Source: Paracoccaceae bacterium (GTDB lineage Bacteria; Pseudomonadota; Alphaproteobacteria; Rhodobacterales; Rhodobacteraceae). Taken from it: a stretch of 64,000 nucleotides of DNA. Below are positions 45,007 through 54,509 of this stretch, in pieces. The notes beneath the pieces are model-generated. The model had not been told where the DNA came from. It worked only from the letters and a program-made list of their open reading frames with translations, and made no database searches. The DNA is taken from assembly GCA_012103375.1 (NCBI GenBank), contig WLWX01000001.1, forward strand, positions 2,210,492-2,274,491, in the 5' to 3' direction. The translations under genes were made by a program, and so were the position numbers. Positions within the stretch are counted from its first letter, which is position 1; each line of letters starts with the position of its first letter.

Positions 45007-45155
45007 GGGGGTCGCCTCTGATTGATCTCGGTTCCCTTTCATATGCCCACGCCGCGGCCAATTGCCAAGAGGGTGTTCTTGCCGCCCCAGCGCCTTTGCC
45101 CTATGGGGAAGGCCAAAGTGGCGGGAACTCTGCCAAAACGGGGGGGCGGGACGGC

Positions 45156-45917
45156 ATGGCGCGACGCAAGAAGGTGTACGAGGGCAAGGCAAAGATCCTC
45201 TATGAAGGTCCTGAGCCCGGCACATTGGTGCAATATTTCAAGGATGACGCCACTGCGTTCAACGCCCAGAAAAAGGCGGTGATCGACGGCAAGGGCGTGC
45301 TGAACAACCGCCTCAGCGAATATTTCATGACCGGTCTTGGCCAGATCGGCATTCCGACCCATTTCATCCGCCGCCTGAATATGCGCGAACAGCTGATCCG
45401 CCAGGTCGAGATCATTCCGCTGGAGGTCATCGTTCGCAATTTCGCAGCCGGAACATTGTCCGAACGGCTCGCCATAGAGGAGGGGACGCCGCTGCCCCGT
45501 CCGATTGTCGAATTCTGCCTGAAAGATGACAAGCTGGGCGACCCGCTGGTGACGGAGGAACACATCAGCGCCTTCGGCTGGGCCAGCCAGCAGGATCTGG
45601 ATGACATGGTCTCGATGGCGCTACGCGTCAACGATTTCATGTCCGGTCTGATGCTGGGGATCGGGATCAAACTGATCGATTTCAAGATCGAGATTGGCCG
45701 CGTCTGGGACGGCGATTTTCAGCGCCTGATTCTGGCTGATGAGATCAGCCCGGATTCGTGCCGCCTGTGGGACATGGAAACCGGCGACAAGCTGGATAAG
45801 GACGTTTTCCGCCGCGATTTGGGCGATCTGGCCGATGCCTATCGTGAAGTCGCCAAACGATTGGGCGTGCTGCCGTCAAACGTGACACACGCGGTGAAAC
45901 CGACGCTGATCAACTAG
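45156..45917 (+). CDS. purC: phosphoribosylaminoimidazole-succinocarboxamide (SAICAR) synthase
   Basis: ORF 44976-45917 trimmed to ATG 45156 ([36 protein letters not shown]...). Confidence 0.9.
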   Translation: MARRKKVYEGKAKILYEGPEPGTLVQYFKDDATAFNAQKKAVIDGKGVLNNRLSEYFMTGLGQIGIPTHFIRRLNMREQLIRQVEIIPLEVIVRNFAAGTLSERLAIEEGTPLPRPIVEFCLKDDKLGDPLVTEEHISAFGWASQQDLDDMVSMALRVNDFMSGLMLGIGIKLIDFKIEIGRVWDGDFQRLILADEISPDSCRLWDMETGDKLDKDVFRRDLGDLADAYREVAKRLGVLPSNVTHAVKPTLIN

Positions 45918-45983
45918 CGGCGGATTGCGGGGGCAAGGGTCGGAATTGAGTATTTGGGAAAAGAAGACGGTGAGGGGTCGCAC

Positions 45984-46226
45984 ATGAAGGCACGGGTGCA
46001 TGTGATGCTGAAGGATGGCGTGCTCGACCCGCAGGGTGAAGCGGTGCGCCATGCGCTGAGCACGCTGGGGTTTGAGGGCGTCAACGGGGTCCGGCAGGGC
46101 AAGGTGATCGAGCTGGACTTGGATGCCCCAGACAAAGCGGGTGCCGAGGCGCAGGTCGACGCGATGTGTCAAAAGCTGCTCGCCAATACGGTCATCGAAC
46201 GCTACGACGTGGAAATCCTGACATGA
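45984..46226 (+). CDS. purS: phosphoribosylformylglycinamidine synthase subunit PurS
   Basis: ORF 45954-46226 trimmed to ATG 45984 ([21 protein letters not shown]...). Confidence 0.85.
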   Translation: MKARVHVMLKDGVLDPQGEAVRHALSTLGFEGVNGVRQGKVIELDLDAPDKAGAEAQVDAMCQKLLANTVIERYDVEILT

Positions 46227-46891
46227 AGGCGGCGGTTCTGGTCTTTCCGGGGTCCAACTGCGACCGCGACCTGGCCGAAGGGTTTCGCAGCATCGGGGCC
46301 GAGGTGTCGATGGTCTGGCACAAGGATACCTCGCTGCCCGAGGGGGTGGATATCGTCGGGGTGCCGGGCGGTTTTTCGTTCGGGGATTACCTGCGCTGCG
46401 GCGCGATTGCGGCGCAGTCGCCGATCACCAGGGCGCTGGTCGCCCATGCCGGGCGCGGCGGCTATGTTTTGGGCATCTGCAACGGGTTTCAGGTGCTGAC
46501 CGAAACCGGCCTGCTGCCAGGCGCCCTGATGCGCAACGGCGCACTGAAATTCGTCTGTCGCACTGTCGGGTTACGGGTCGAAACGTCCGAAAGCGCGTTT
46601 ACGGAAACCTACGGCAAGGGCGCGCAAATCCGCCTGCCGGTGGCGCATCACGATGGCAATTATGTCGCTGACGACGAGACCCTGACCCGGCTCAACGCCG
46701 AGGCGCGTGTCGCCTTGCGCTACACCGAACAGGTGAACGGCTCGGTCGAGGATATCGCCGGTGTCCTCAGCGAAAATCGCCGGGTTCTGGGGCTGATGCC
46801 GCATCCGGAACGTGCGATCGAGGCCGTGCAGGGCAACACCGATGGCGCGGCGATGTTCACCAGCCTGACGGGTGCGCTGGCACTGGTCTGA
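46223..46891 (+). CDS. purQ: phosphoribosylformylglycinamidine synthase subunit PurQ (glutaminase)
   Basis: ORF 46166-46891 trimmed to ATG 46223 (ATGA overlap with purS). [16 protein letters not shown]..., GICNGFQ catalytic Cys, and MPHPER. Confidence 0.9.
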   Translation: MKAAVLVFPGSNCDRDLAEGFRSIGAEVSMVWHKDTSLPEGVDIVGVPGGFSFGDYLRCGAIAAQSPITRALVAHAGRGGYVLGICNGFQVLTETGLLPGALMRNGALKFVCRTVGLRVETSESAFTETYGKGAQIRLPVAHHDGNYVADDETLTRLNAEARVALRYTEQVNGSVEDIAGVLSENRRVLGLMPHPERAIEAVQGNTDGAAMFTSLTGALALV

Positions 46892-46939
46892 ACGCGCGCC
46901 GCTTGAGTGATCCGGGCGCAGGCCCTATCTTGCACCGAC

Positions 46940-48733
46940 ATGGCTGAAACCAGCGCCCCCGCCCGGTCAGAGGCTGCGCCCAAGCGCGCGGCCCGCCGCA
47001 AATCGCTCCGCAAGGGGCTCAGCTGGCGTGCGCGGGCGGCTTTCCTGATTGTTGTGGTCATGGCGATCGCGGTGGTCTGGTTCACAAATTCACTGCTGAC
47101 CGAACGCTTTACCGAAAACACGCGGTCACGCGCGCACGTCCGGCTGGCGCTCTATTCCGGCAACATGCTGAGTGAGCTTCAGCGCGCCTCGATCGTACCA
47201 CTGCTGCTGTCGCGCGATCCGTCGCTGATCGGGGCGCTGAACTCGGCAGATTATTCGCAATCGACCCAGCGCCTGATTTCGTACCGAGAGGAGATTGAGG
47301 CCGCATCGCTGATGCTTCTGGATGCGTCTGGCCGGGTCGTGGCGGCGACGGACCGCACGTTGCTAGGATCCCTCCACCGCAGCGCGCCCTACTTTATTGA
47401 GGCTTTGCGCGCCTCGGGCACAGTTTTCACGACTTTCAAACAGGACAGCGGCGCACGCGTGTTCAGCTATACCCGCAAGATCGAAGCGGGCGGGGAAACC
47501 GCAGGTGTCATCGTCGTCGGGGTGGATCTGGCCAAGTTTGAATCGTCCTGGGCCGGGTTCTCGGACGCGGTTCTGGTGACCGATAGTGAAGGCGAGATCA
47601 TTCTGGCCACTGAAAGCCGCTGGCGCGGCCTGACCGAGGAGGACGCGCTGGCCGTGCGCTCGGCCCCATCGGCCATTCAGCGCGCGATCCAGGCTACCGC
47701 CGAATGGGCGGCCTTGCCCATCGGGGCCTATCTTCAGGGTGATTCGGTGATGCGCCAGGAAGCGCGCATTCCGTTCCAGGGCTGGCGGATGGCCAGCTTC
47801 ACCACCTATGCGGGCGTGCGCGAACGCGTGAACGGTGTCATCGCGCTAGAGATTATGGGATTTGCCATCCTGCTGGCACTGGCGCTGTACCTGACGACCC
47901 GCAAAGCGGTGCTGCGATCGCGGTTTTTCCAGCGCGAGTCGGCAGAGCTTCGCCAGTTGAACCAGGCCCTACAGCGGGAAGTTGCCGAGCGGCAGCGGGC
48001 GGAAAAGCACCTGGAAGTGGCCGAACAGACGGTGGCGCAAACCTCAAAACTCGCCGCTTTGGGCGAGATGTCGGCGGCTGTCAGTCACGAGTTGAACCAG
48101 CCACTGGCGGCGATGAAGACCTATATCGCCGGCGCCAAGCTGTTGTTGAACCGCAAGCGCCCGGAAGAGGCGATGTCATCCTTCAACCGGGTCGATGATC
48201 TGATTGAACGCATGGGCGCAATCACCAAGCAGTTGAAGAGCTATGCGCGCAAGGGCGAAGAGGCGGTCGAGCCTTTGGATGCAAGGGCTTCTGTCAGTAC
48301 GGCGGTCTCGCTGATGGAACCGCAGCTTAGGAAACGCGACATTGCGATCACCACCACTTTGCCGCGTGAAGCGGTGATGGTGATGGCGGATCGTATCCGG
48401 TTGGAACAAGTGCTCATCAACCTCTTGCGCAATGCGCTGGACGCCACCAAATCCATAGACACGCCCGAAATTCATGTGCTTTTGAATGCCGGGGAAGATG
48501 CGGTTTTGACAGTGCGCGATAACGGCGGCGGAATCGAGGATCTGGAAGCCCTGTTCGAGCCATTTTACACTACCAAGGCCCCCGGCGACGGCGTCGGTCT
48601 GGGGCTTGCCATCTCCTCGTCTATCGTGAACGACTTGGGTGGAAGGCTGACAGCAAGAAACGGTCGGGACGGTGGGGCAGTGTTCGAGGTCAGATTGCCG
48701 CTTCTGGATCGTGTTCAGGTCGCGGCCGAGTAG
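46940..48733 (+). CDS. DctB-like sensor histidine kinase (periplasmic sensor domain between two TM segments)
   Basis: ORF 46907-48733; ATG 46940 preferred. H-box LGEMSAAVSHELNQPLAAM, N-box LLRNALDA, G-boxes DNGGGI and GVGLGL. Confidence 0.8.
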   Translation: MAETSAPARSEAAPKRAARRKSLRKGLSWRARAAFLIVVVMAIAVVWFTNSLLTERFTENTRSRAHVRLALYSGNMLSELQRASIVPLLLSRDPSLIGALNSADYSQSTQRLISYREEIEAASLMLLDASGRVVAATDRTLLGSLHRSAPYFIEALRASGTVFTTFKQDSGARVFSYTRKIEAGGETAGVIVVGVDLAKFESSWAGFSDAVLVTDSEGEIILATESRWRGLTEEDALAVRSAPSAIQRAIQATAEWAALPIGAYLQGDSVMRQEARIPFQGWRMASFTTYAGVRERVNGVIALEIMGFAILLALALYLTTRKAVLRSRFFQRESAELRQLNQALQREVAERQRAEKHLEVAEQTVAQTSKLAALGEMSAAVSHELNQPLAAMKTYIAGAKLLLNRKRPEEAMSSFNRVDDLIERMGAITKQLKSYARKGEEAVEPLDARASVSTAVSLMEPQLRKRDIAITTTLPREAVMVMADRIRLEQVLINLLRNALDATKSIDTPEIHVLLNAGEDAVLTVRDNGGGIEDLEALFEPFYTTKAPGDGVGLGLAISSSIVNDLGGRLTARNGRDGGAVFEVRLPLLDRVQVAAE

Positions 48734-48753
48734 AATTCTTAACGGAGGGACCA

Positions 48754-50085
48754 ATGGGTCAAGCCATGAAAATCGCCATCGTCGATGACGAACAGGATAT
48801 GCGCCAGTCGATCAGCCAGTGGCTGGCCCTCAGCGGGTTCGACACGGTGACCTACGCCAGCGCCGAAGATGCGTTGAAGAACGTCGGGCAGGATTGGCCC
48901 GGTGTCGTGGTCAGCGATATCCGCATGCCCGGCATGGACGGCATGGCCTTCCTGAAACGCCTGATGAGTGTTGATTCAGCGCTGCCCGTCATCATGATCA
49001 CCGGCCACGGCGACGTGCCCATGGCGGTCGAGGCGATGCGCGTCGGCGCCTATGATTTCCTCGAAAAGCCATTCAACCCGGATCGGATGACCGAACTGGC
49101 CAAGAAGGCGACGTCGAACCGCCGCTTGACGCTGGATAACCGTGCGCTGCGTCGCGAACTGTCCGATGGCACCGGGCTGATGAAAAAGCTGGTTGGTTCG
49201 TCGCCGGTGATGGAGCGGTTGCGCGAAGACATTCTTGATCTGGGGCAGGCCGATGGCCACGTACTGATCGAGGGTGAGACCGGCACCGGCAAGACCCTGG
49301 TGGCCCATGCGCTGCATGCAGTCGGGGCGAAGTCCGGTAAGAAGTTCGTGATATTCTCCTGCGCGTCCATGGACGAGGCTGATCTGTCCGCCCGCCTGTT
49401 CGGCCCGATGGAAAATGGCGAAGCGCAGCCGCTGCTGGAAGAAGCCCGTGGCGGAACGCTGGTGCTGGAAGACATTGACGCGCTGCCCAAGGCGCTGCAG
49501 GCGCGGCTGCTGACCTGGATCAACGATCAGGGCACCCCGGCCGAAACCCGCATTGTCGGCATCAGCAACCTGCAGGAACAGGGCAAAAGCAGCGAAGATG
49601 TGCTGCGGCCGGACCTCTACTATCGCCTGGCCGCGATGAAGATCGTGCTGCCGCCGCTACGCTCGCGCGGGGAAGACGTGCTGACGCTGTTCACCCGGTT
49701 TTCCGAACAGTTCAGCGAAGAATACGGCTGTGATGCGCCCGAGGTTTCGGCGCAGGAGGCGGCGCAGCTGTTGCAGGCCCCGTGGCCCGGCAATATCCGC
49801 CAGCTGGTCAATGTGGCCGAACGTGCTGTGCTGCAAAACCGGCGTGGCAGCGGCACAATCGCCAGCCTGCTGATGGCCGAAAGCGACGACTCTGAACCGG
49901 CAATGACGACCGAGGGCAAACCGCTGAAAGAATACGTCGAAGCGTTCGAGCGGATGCTGATCGACAACACGATGCGGCGCCACAAGGGATCCATCGTCGG
50001 CGTGATGGAAGAATTATGCCTGCCGCGCCGTACCTTGAACGAGAAGATGGCCAAATACGGATTGATGCGCGGCGACTACCTATAG
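48754..50085 (+). CDS. NtrC/DctD-family response regulator (receiver + AAA+ + HTH) lacking the GAFTGA loop
   Basis: ORF track, 443 aa. RBS GGAGGG. Receiver domain DDEQD...SDIRMPGMDG. Walker A GETGTGKT and Walker B TLVLEDID. Between LFG and GGTL there are only 15 residues (PMENGEAQPLLEEAR) and no GAFTGA. Confidence 0.85.
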   Translation: MGQAMKIAIVDDEQDMRQSISQWLALSGFDTVTYASAEDALKNVGQDWPGVVVSDIRMPGMDGMAFLKRLMSVDSALPVIMITGHGDVPMAVEAMRVGAYDFLEKPFNPDRMTELAKKATSNRRLTLDNRALRRELSDGTGLMKKLVGSSPVMERLREDILDLGQADGHVLIEGETGTGKTLVAHALHAVGAKSGKKFVIFSCASMDEADLSARLFGPMENGEAQPLLEEARGGTLVLEDIDALPKALQARLLTWINDQGTPAETRIVGISNLQEQGKSSEDVLRPDLYYRLAAMKIVLPPLRSRGEDVLTLFTRFSEQFSEEYGCDAPEVSAQEAAQLLQAPWPGNIRQLVNVAERAVLQNRRGSGTIASLLMAESDDSEPAMTTEGKPLKEYVEAFERMLIDNTMRRHKGSIVGVMEELCLPRRTLNEKMAKYGLMRGDYL

Positions 50086-50554
50086 CCGCGACAGGCGTCG
50101 CCCGGAGTCCCTTAAACCGGGCGCCGGGCGCGCGCCAGCGCCCGGTCTGGGCTGTAACTTCATCCGTCTTCGTCGCTTTCCCCATTGTCATTTGACGTCA
50201 GCCCCCATTATGGTCCGCCTATCAGGTTTCGGCCTGAGTTTGGTTTCGCTGTATTTGAGGATGTGCCGGGCATAGCGCCCCACTGGCTCAGAACAGAAAG
50301 ATCGGCCGCAAGGCCAAATACGAACGCCCGCGGCTGGCAACTGTCACTGTGGGATTGGAAATCGACGCTGTGCCAATCCGGTTCGCGTCGGGAAAGAAAC
50401 GCAATGAAACGCGACGCGTCGATCACACAGAGGGGGGTGGCCACAGATGCCGCCGGGCCCCGCGTGACGACCCAGCGCATTGCCCGAAACAGACACCTTA
50501 CCCGTTCCTGCGCCCCCCGGGGGCCGGATTGCGGCGAAGGTGCATTGGAATATC

Positions 50555-53221
50555 ATGGCAAAGAAGATGCTTATTGACGCCACCCATGCGGAGGAAACCC
50601 GCGTCGTGGTGGTTGACGGAAACAAGGTCGAAGAATTCGACTTTGAATCGGAAAACAAACGCCAGCTTGCTGGCAACATCTACCTCGCAAAAGTAACGCG
50701 CGTCGAACCGTCGCTTCAGGCGGCATTCGTCGACTATGGCGGCAACCGCCACGGTTTCCTTGCGTTCAGCGAAATCCACCCGGATTACTATCAGATCCCT
50801 GTCGCGGATCGCGAGGCCCTGCTGGCCGAGGAAATGGAGTTTGCCAAAGAGCAGGCGGAAGAAGACGAAAAGCCCAAAAAGGCCACGCGCTCGCGCCGGG
50901 GCAGGGGGCGCGGCAAGGCTGCTGCGGCCAAGACCGATGACGCCGTTGTCACGGCCGAGGTTGAGGAACCCGCAAACGACGACACGAATGCCGAAGGCAA
51001 TGACGTCGCCGAAGCCGTCGCACCCGCAACAGACGCCCAATCCGAAGCGGATGAGATGGCAAAGGCGCAAACCGCCGAAGTCATCGCCGACATCCCTGGC
51101 ATGGACGTCGTCGATCTGGAAGGCGAGGCTGCACCAGAAGACGATACCGCCGATGATGCCTCCGAAAATGACGGCACCGAAGCACCTGACGAAGACGAAC
51201 CCGTCAATGCCGCCGCCCGTGACGAGAATGTCGAAAGCGTCGGTGATGACGTCACCGAAGAGGTCCGCGCCCCGCGCCGACAGCGCGCCCGCAAATACAA
51301 GATTCAAGAGGTTATCAAGGTCCGCCAGATCCTGCTGGTTCAGGTCGTCAAGGAAGAACGCGGCAACAAGGGCGCGGCGCTGACAACCTACCTCAGCCTT
51401 GCCGGTCGCTACTGCGTGCTGATGCCCAACACCGCGCGCGGCGGCGGGATTTCCCGCAAGATCACCAACGCCCCCGACCGCAAGAAACTCAAAGAAATCG
51501 CCAGCGAAATTGACGTGCCCAAGGGCGCGGGGCTGATCATTCGTACGGCGGGGTCGCAACGCACCCGGACCGAGATCAAACGCGATTATGAATACCTGCA
51601 ACGCCTGTGGGAGCAGATCCGCGAACTGACCCTGAAATCGACGGCGCCGACGCAGATTTACGAAGAAGGCAACCTGATCAAACGCTCGATCCGCGACCTC
51701 TATAATCGTGAGATTGACGAGGTTCTGGTCGAAGGGGCCGAAGGCTATAAGATGGCCAAGGACTTCATGAAGATGATCATGCCGTCCCACGCCAAGAACG
51801 TGAAACTCTACGCCGATCCGCAGCCGCTGTTTGCGCGCTATCAAGTCGAAACCTACCTGGGTGCGATGTTCAACCCGACGGTGCAGCTGCCCTCGGGCGG
51901 GTATATTGTGATTGGGGTGACCGAAGCGCTGGTGGCGATTGACGTCAACTCGGGCAGGGCGACCAAGGAAGGGTCGATTGAGCAGACCGCGCTCAAGACC
52001 AACCTGGAAGCTTCGGACGAAGTGGCGCGCCAGTTGCGCCTGCGTGACCTCGCCGGGCTGATCGTCATCGACTATATCGACATGGACGAGCGTAAGAATA
52101 ACACCGCCGTCGAAAAGCGTTTCAAGGACAAGCTCAAGACCGACCGCGCCCGCATTCAGGTGGGCCGGATCAGCGCCTTTGGCCTGCTTGAGATGTCGCG
52201 CCAGCGTCTGCGCCCCGGCATGATCGAGGCGACAACCCAGCCCTGTTCGCATTGCCACGGCACCGGGTTGCTGCGCAGTGACGACAGCCTGTCGCTGGCC
52301 ATCCTGCGCCAGCTTGAAGAAGAAGGCGTGCGCCGTCGTTCGCGCGAGGTACTGGTCAAAGCACCGGTCGCCTTCGCCAACTATCTGATGAACCAGAAGC
52401 GCGAGCATGTGGCCCAGATCGAAGTCCGTTATGGCATGGCCGTTCGCATCGAAGGCGACCCGGCGCTGGTCAGCCCGGATTTCTCGGTCGAGAAGTTCAA
52501 GACCGCAACGCGCAATGTCAAAGCGGTCAGCGCGGCGGTTGTGTCGGTCGATGCCTCGCTGATGGATGACTTCGACGATGCGGTCGACCTGGTCGCCGAC
52601 GAAGCCTCCGCAGCGCCTGGTGCGCCCGATGAACCGTCAGCCGAAGAAGGCCAGCCCAAGAAACGCCGCCGCCGTCGGCGCCGGGGACGCGGCCGTGGCA
52701 ACTCGGGCGAGAACCGGGATGGTGACGCTTCAGGCAATGACAACCGTGACAGCAACGCCCGCCAACAGGCCGGGGATGCGGCGCAGTCAGCCGACGGCGA
52801 TGCCAAACCCGCCGAAGCTGCGGAGGGTGCAGAAGGCGGCGATGCGCCCGCTGACGAAGCGCCCAAGAAGCGCACGGCGACACGCAGCCGGTCGCGCGCC
52901 GCAAAGCCAAAAGCCAACGGAGCGGCGGCGGCTGATGTAACCCAGGGTGATGGCGACATCGCTGTGGCCGCGCCATCCGAAGCCCCCGCAGCGGAAACCC
53001 CTGAAGCGGAAGCCCCCGCGCCGGAAGCAGACGTGGCCGAGAAGCCCAAGCGCAAGACCCGCAGCCGTGCCAAGAAGGCAGCGGAGCCCGAAGTTACGGC
53101 AGACGCGGCAGATGCGGCCGCCACGGAACAAGCCGCCGAAGTCGCCGCAGCACCGGTGGCCAAGGTTGCCGCCGACGACTCCAAACCCAAGCGCAAGGGC
53201 TGGTGGTCGCTGGGGCGCTAA
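50555..53221 (+). CDS. rne: ribonuclease E
   Basis: ORF 50480-53221 trimmed to ATG 50555 (MAKKMLIDATHAEETRVVVVDGNKVEEFDFES...NIYLAKVTRVEPSLQAAFVDYGGNRHGFL, S1 domain). CSHCHGTG Zn-link. Acidic insert and Arg/Pro/Ala-rich tail. Confidence 0.9.
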   Translation: MAKKMLIDATHAEETRVVVVDGNKVEEFDFESENKRQLAGNIYLAKVTRVEPSLQAAFVDYGGNRHGFLAFSEIHPDYYQIPVADREALLAEEMEFAKEQAEEDEKPKKATRSRRGRGRGKAAAAKTDDAVVTAEVEEPANDDTNAEGNDVAEAVAPATDAQSEADEMAKAQTAEVIADIPGMDVVDLEGEAAPEDDTADDASENDGTEAPDEDEPVNAAARDENVESVGDDVTEEVRAPRRQRARKYKIQEVIKVRQILLVQVVKEERGNKGAALTTYLSLAGRYCVLMPNTARGGGISRKITNAPDRKKLKEIASEIDVPKGAGLIIRTAGSQRTRTEIKRDYEYLQRLWEQIRELTLKSTAPTQIYEEGNLIKRSIRDLYNREIDEVLVEGAEGYKMAKDFMKMIMPSHAKNVKLYADPQPLFARYQVETYLGAMFNPTVQLPSGGYIVIGVTEALVAIDVNSGRATKEGSIEQTALKTNLEASDEVARQLRLRDLAGLIVIDYIDMDERKNNTAVEKRFKDKLKTDRARIQVGRISAFGLLEMSRQRLRPGMIEATTQPCSHCHGTGLLRSDDSLSLAILRQLEEEGVRRRSREVLVKAPVAFANYLMNQKREHVAQIEVRYGMAVRIEGDPALVSPDFSVEKFKTATRNVKAVSAAVVSVDASLMDDFDDAVDLVADEASAAPGAPDEPSAEEGQPKKRRRRRRRGRGRGNSGENRDGDASGNDNRDSNARQQAGDAAQSADGDAKPAEAAEGAEGGDAPADEAPKKRTATRSRSRAAKPKANGAAAADVTQGDGDIAVAAPSEAPAAETPEAEAPAPEADVAEKPKRKTRSRAKKAAEPEVTADAADAAATEQAAEVAAAPVAKVAADDSKPKRKGWWSLGR

Positions 53222-53225
53222 GCCC

Positions 53226-53456
53226 TCAGCCGGATTTCCGTATGAAGAAGGTGTTGATCGTCCCCTCGGGGACGGTCGCAATCAAGGCATGCCCGGCTTC
53301 GGCACAGAAATGCGGCACGTCAATCACCGCCGCCGGATCATCCGATTGCAGACGCAGCACCGAACGCGGCGCCATTGCGCCAAGACGTTTGCGTGCACGC
53401 AGAACGGGCAGGGGGCACAGCAGGCCAATCGCATCGCAGGTGTCGTCATAATCCAT
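53226..53456 (-). CDS. TusA/SirA-family sulfurtransferase-like protein
   Basis: ORF 53226-53573 trimmed to ATG 53456. CPxP motif in DAIGLLCPLPVLRARKRL. Confidence 0.75.
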   Translation of the reverse strand: MDYDDTCDAIGLLCPLPVLRARKRLGAMAPRSVLRLQSDDPAAVIDVPHFCAEAGHALIATVPEGTINTFFIRKSG

Positions 53457-53614
53457 TGCATTCCCATATCGCAGGGCACCGCCGAACCATACCCCCCCAA
53501 ACACATCCCGGCGTCGTGATGTTACAACACCGCCACCGCATCGTGACAATGCGTTGAGTGACGCGGCGGCCACCCTGTCATATGTCTCGGGCAGGCCAAT
53601 CCGGGGACCGTATC

Positions 53615-54367
53615 ATGTTCGGTATAGAAATCATCGACGCCTCACTTCTGCCCGCCATGCTGGTGGCGCTTGTGGCGGGGCTGCTGAGTTTCCTCAGCCC
53701 ATGCGTGCTGCCCATCGTGCCGCCCTATCTGGCCTATATGGGCGGGATCAGCCTGAACGAGATGCAGGCCGAAGGGTCGGGCCGACGCAAGGCCATCACC
53801 TCGGCCGTGTTCTTTGTTCTTGGCCTGTCGACGGTGTTCTTACTGCTGGGCTTTACGGCGTCGGCGTTCGGGGCGTTCTTTTTGCAGAATCAGGTCTGGT
53901 TTTCCCGCGCCTCGGGCGTGGTCATCATCATTTTCGGGCTGCATTTCCTGTCGATCTGGCGGATCGGCTTTCTGGATCGTGAGGCTCGTCTGGATGCAGG
54001 CAACCGGGGCGGATCGTCTTTCGGGGCCTATGTCCTGGGCCTGGCCTTCGCCTTCGGGTGGACGCCCTGCATCGGGCCGCAACTGGGCGCGATCCTGTCG
54101 CTTGCGGCGAGCGAGCAAAACGTCACGCGCGGCACTGCCCTATTGGCGGTCTATGCGCTTGGCCTGGGCATCCCGTTCCTGCTGGCAGCCATGTTCATCC
54201 AGCGCGCCATGGGCGTGATGAACCGCCTGAAACGCCACATGGGAACGATCGAAAAGGCCATGGGCGCATTGCTGATCCTTGTCGGCATCGCTTTGCTGAC
54301 CGGGGCATTCACCCGGTTCAGCTGGTGGCTGTTGGAGGTGTTCCCGGCGCTGAGTTATCTGGGCTAA
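53615..54367 (+). CDS. ccdA: cytochrome c biogenesis thiol:disulfide transporter CcdA/DsbD-family
   Basis: ORF 53558-54367 trimmed to ATG 53615. FLSPCVLPIVPPYL and a second ...GWTPCIGP... motif. Six TM segments. Confidence 0.8.
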   Translation: MFGIEIIDASLLPAMLVALVAGLLSFLSPCVLPIVPPYLAYMGGISLNEMQAEGSGRRKAITSAVFFVLGLSTVFLLLGFTASAFGAFFLQNQVWFSRASGVVIIIFGLHFLSIWRIGFLDREARLDAGNRGGSSFGAYVLGLAFAFGWTPCIGPQLGAILSLAASEQNVTRGTALLAVYALGLGIPFLLAAMFIQRAMGVMNRLKRHMGTIEKAMGALLILVGIALLTGAFTRFSWWLLEVFPALSYLG

Positions 54368-54509
54368 CGCACGATCCTGACTATCCAAAATGGAACCGGA
54401 AGTGCGCGGGGGGGGGCGAGGTGGGCGCATTTGCGCAAGTTGACGGCAAACGCCCCCCGATAAATGGCACACTTACACGGGGTGCCTCGCCCGCCCGCCG
54501 GACTGCTGA

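Noticed and set aside
45007-45155. Possible purine/ZTP-type riboswitch in the purC leader
   Set aside because: I could not find the conserved ZTP (pfl) or purine riboswitch core sequences by eye. The region also serves as the divergent promoter for the zeta-subunit gene.
50498-52408. 636-aa minus-strand ORF covering most of rne
   Set aside because: It is antisense to a gene with unambiguous RNase E motifs. Its Arg/Gly/Ala/Val-rich composition with no motifs is typical of spurious antisense frames in GC-rich DNA.
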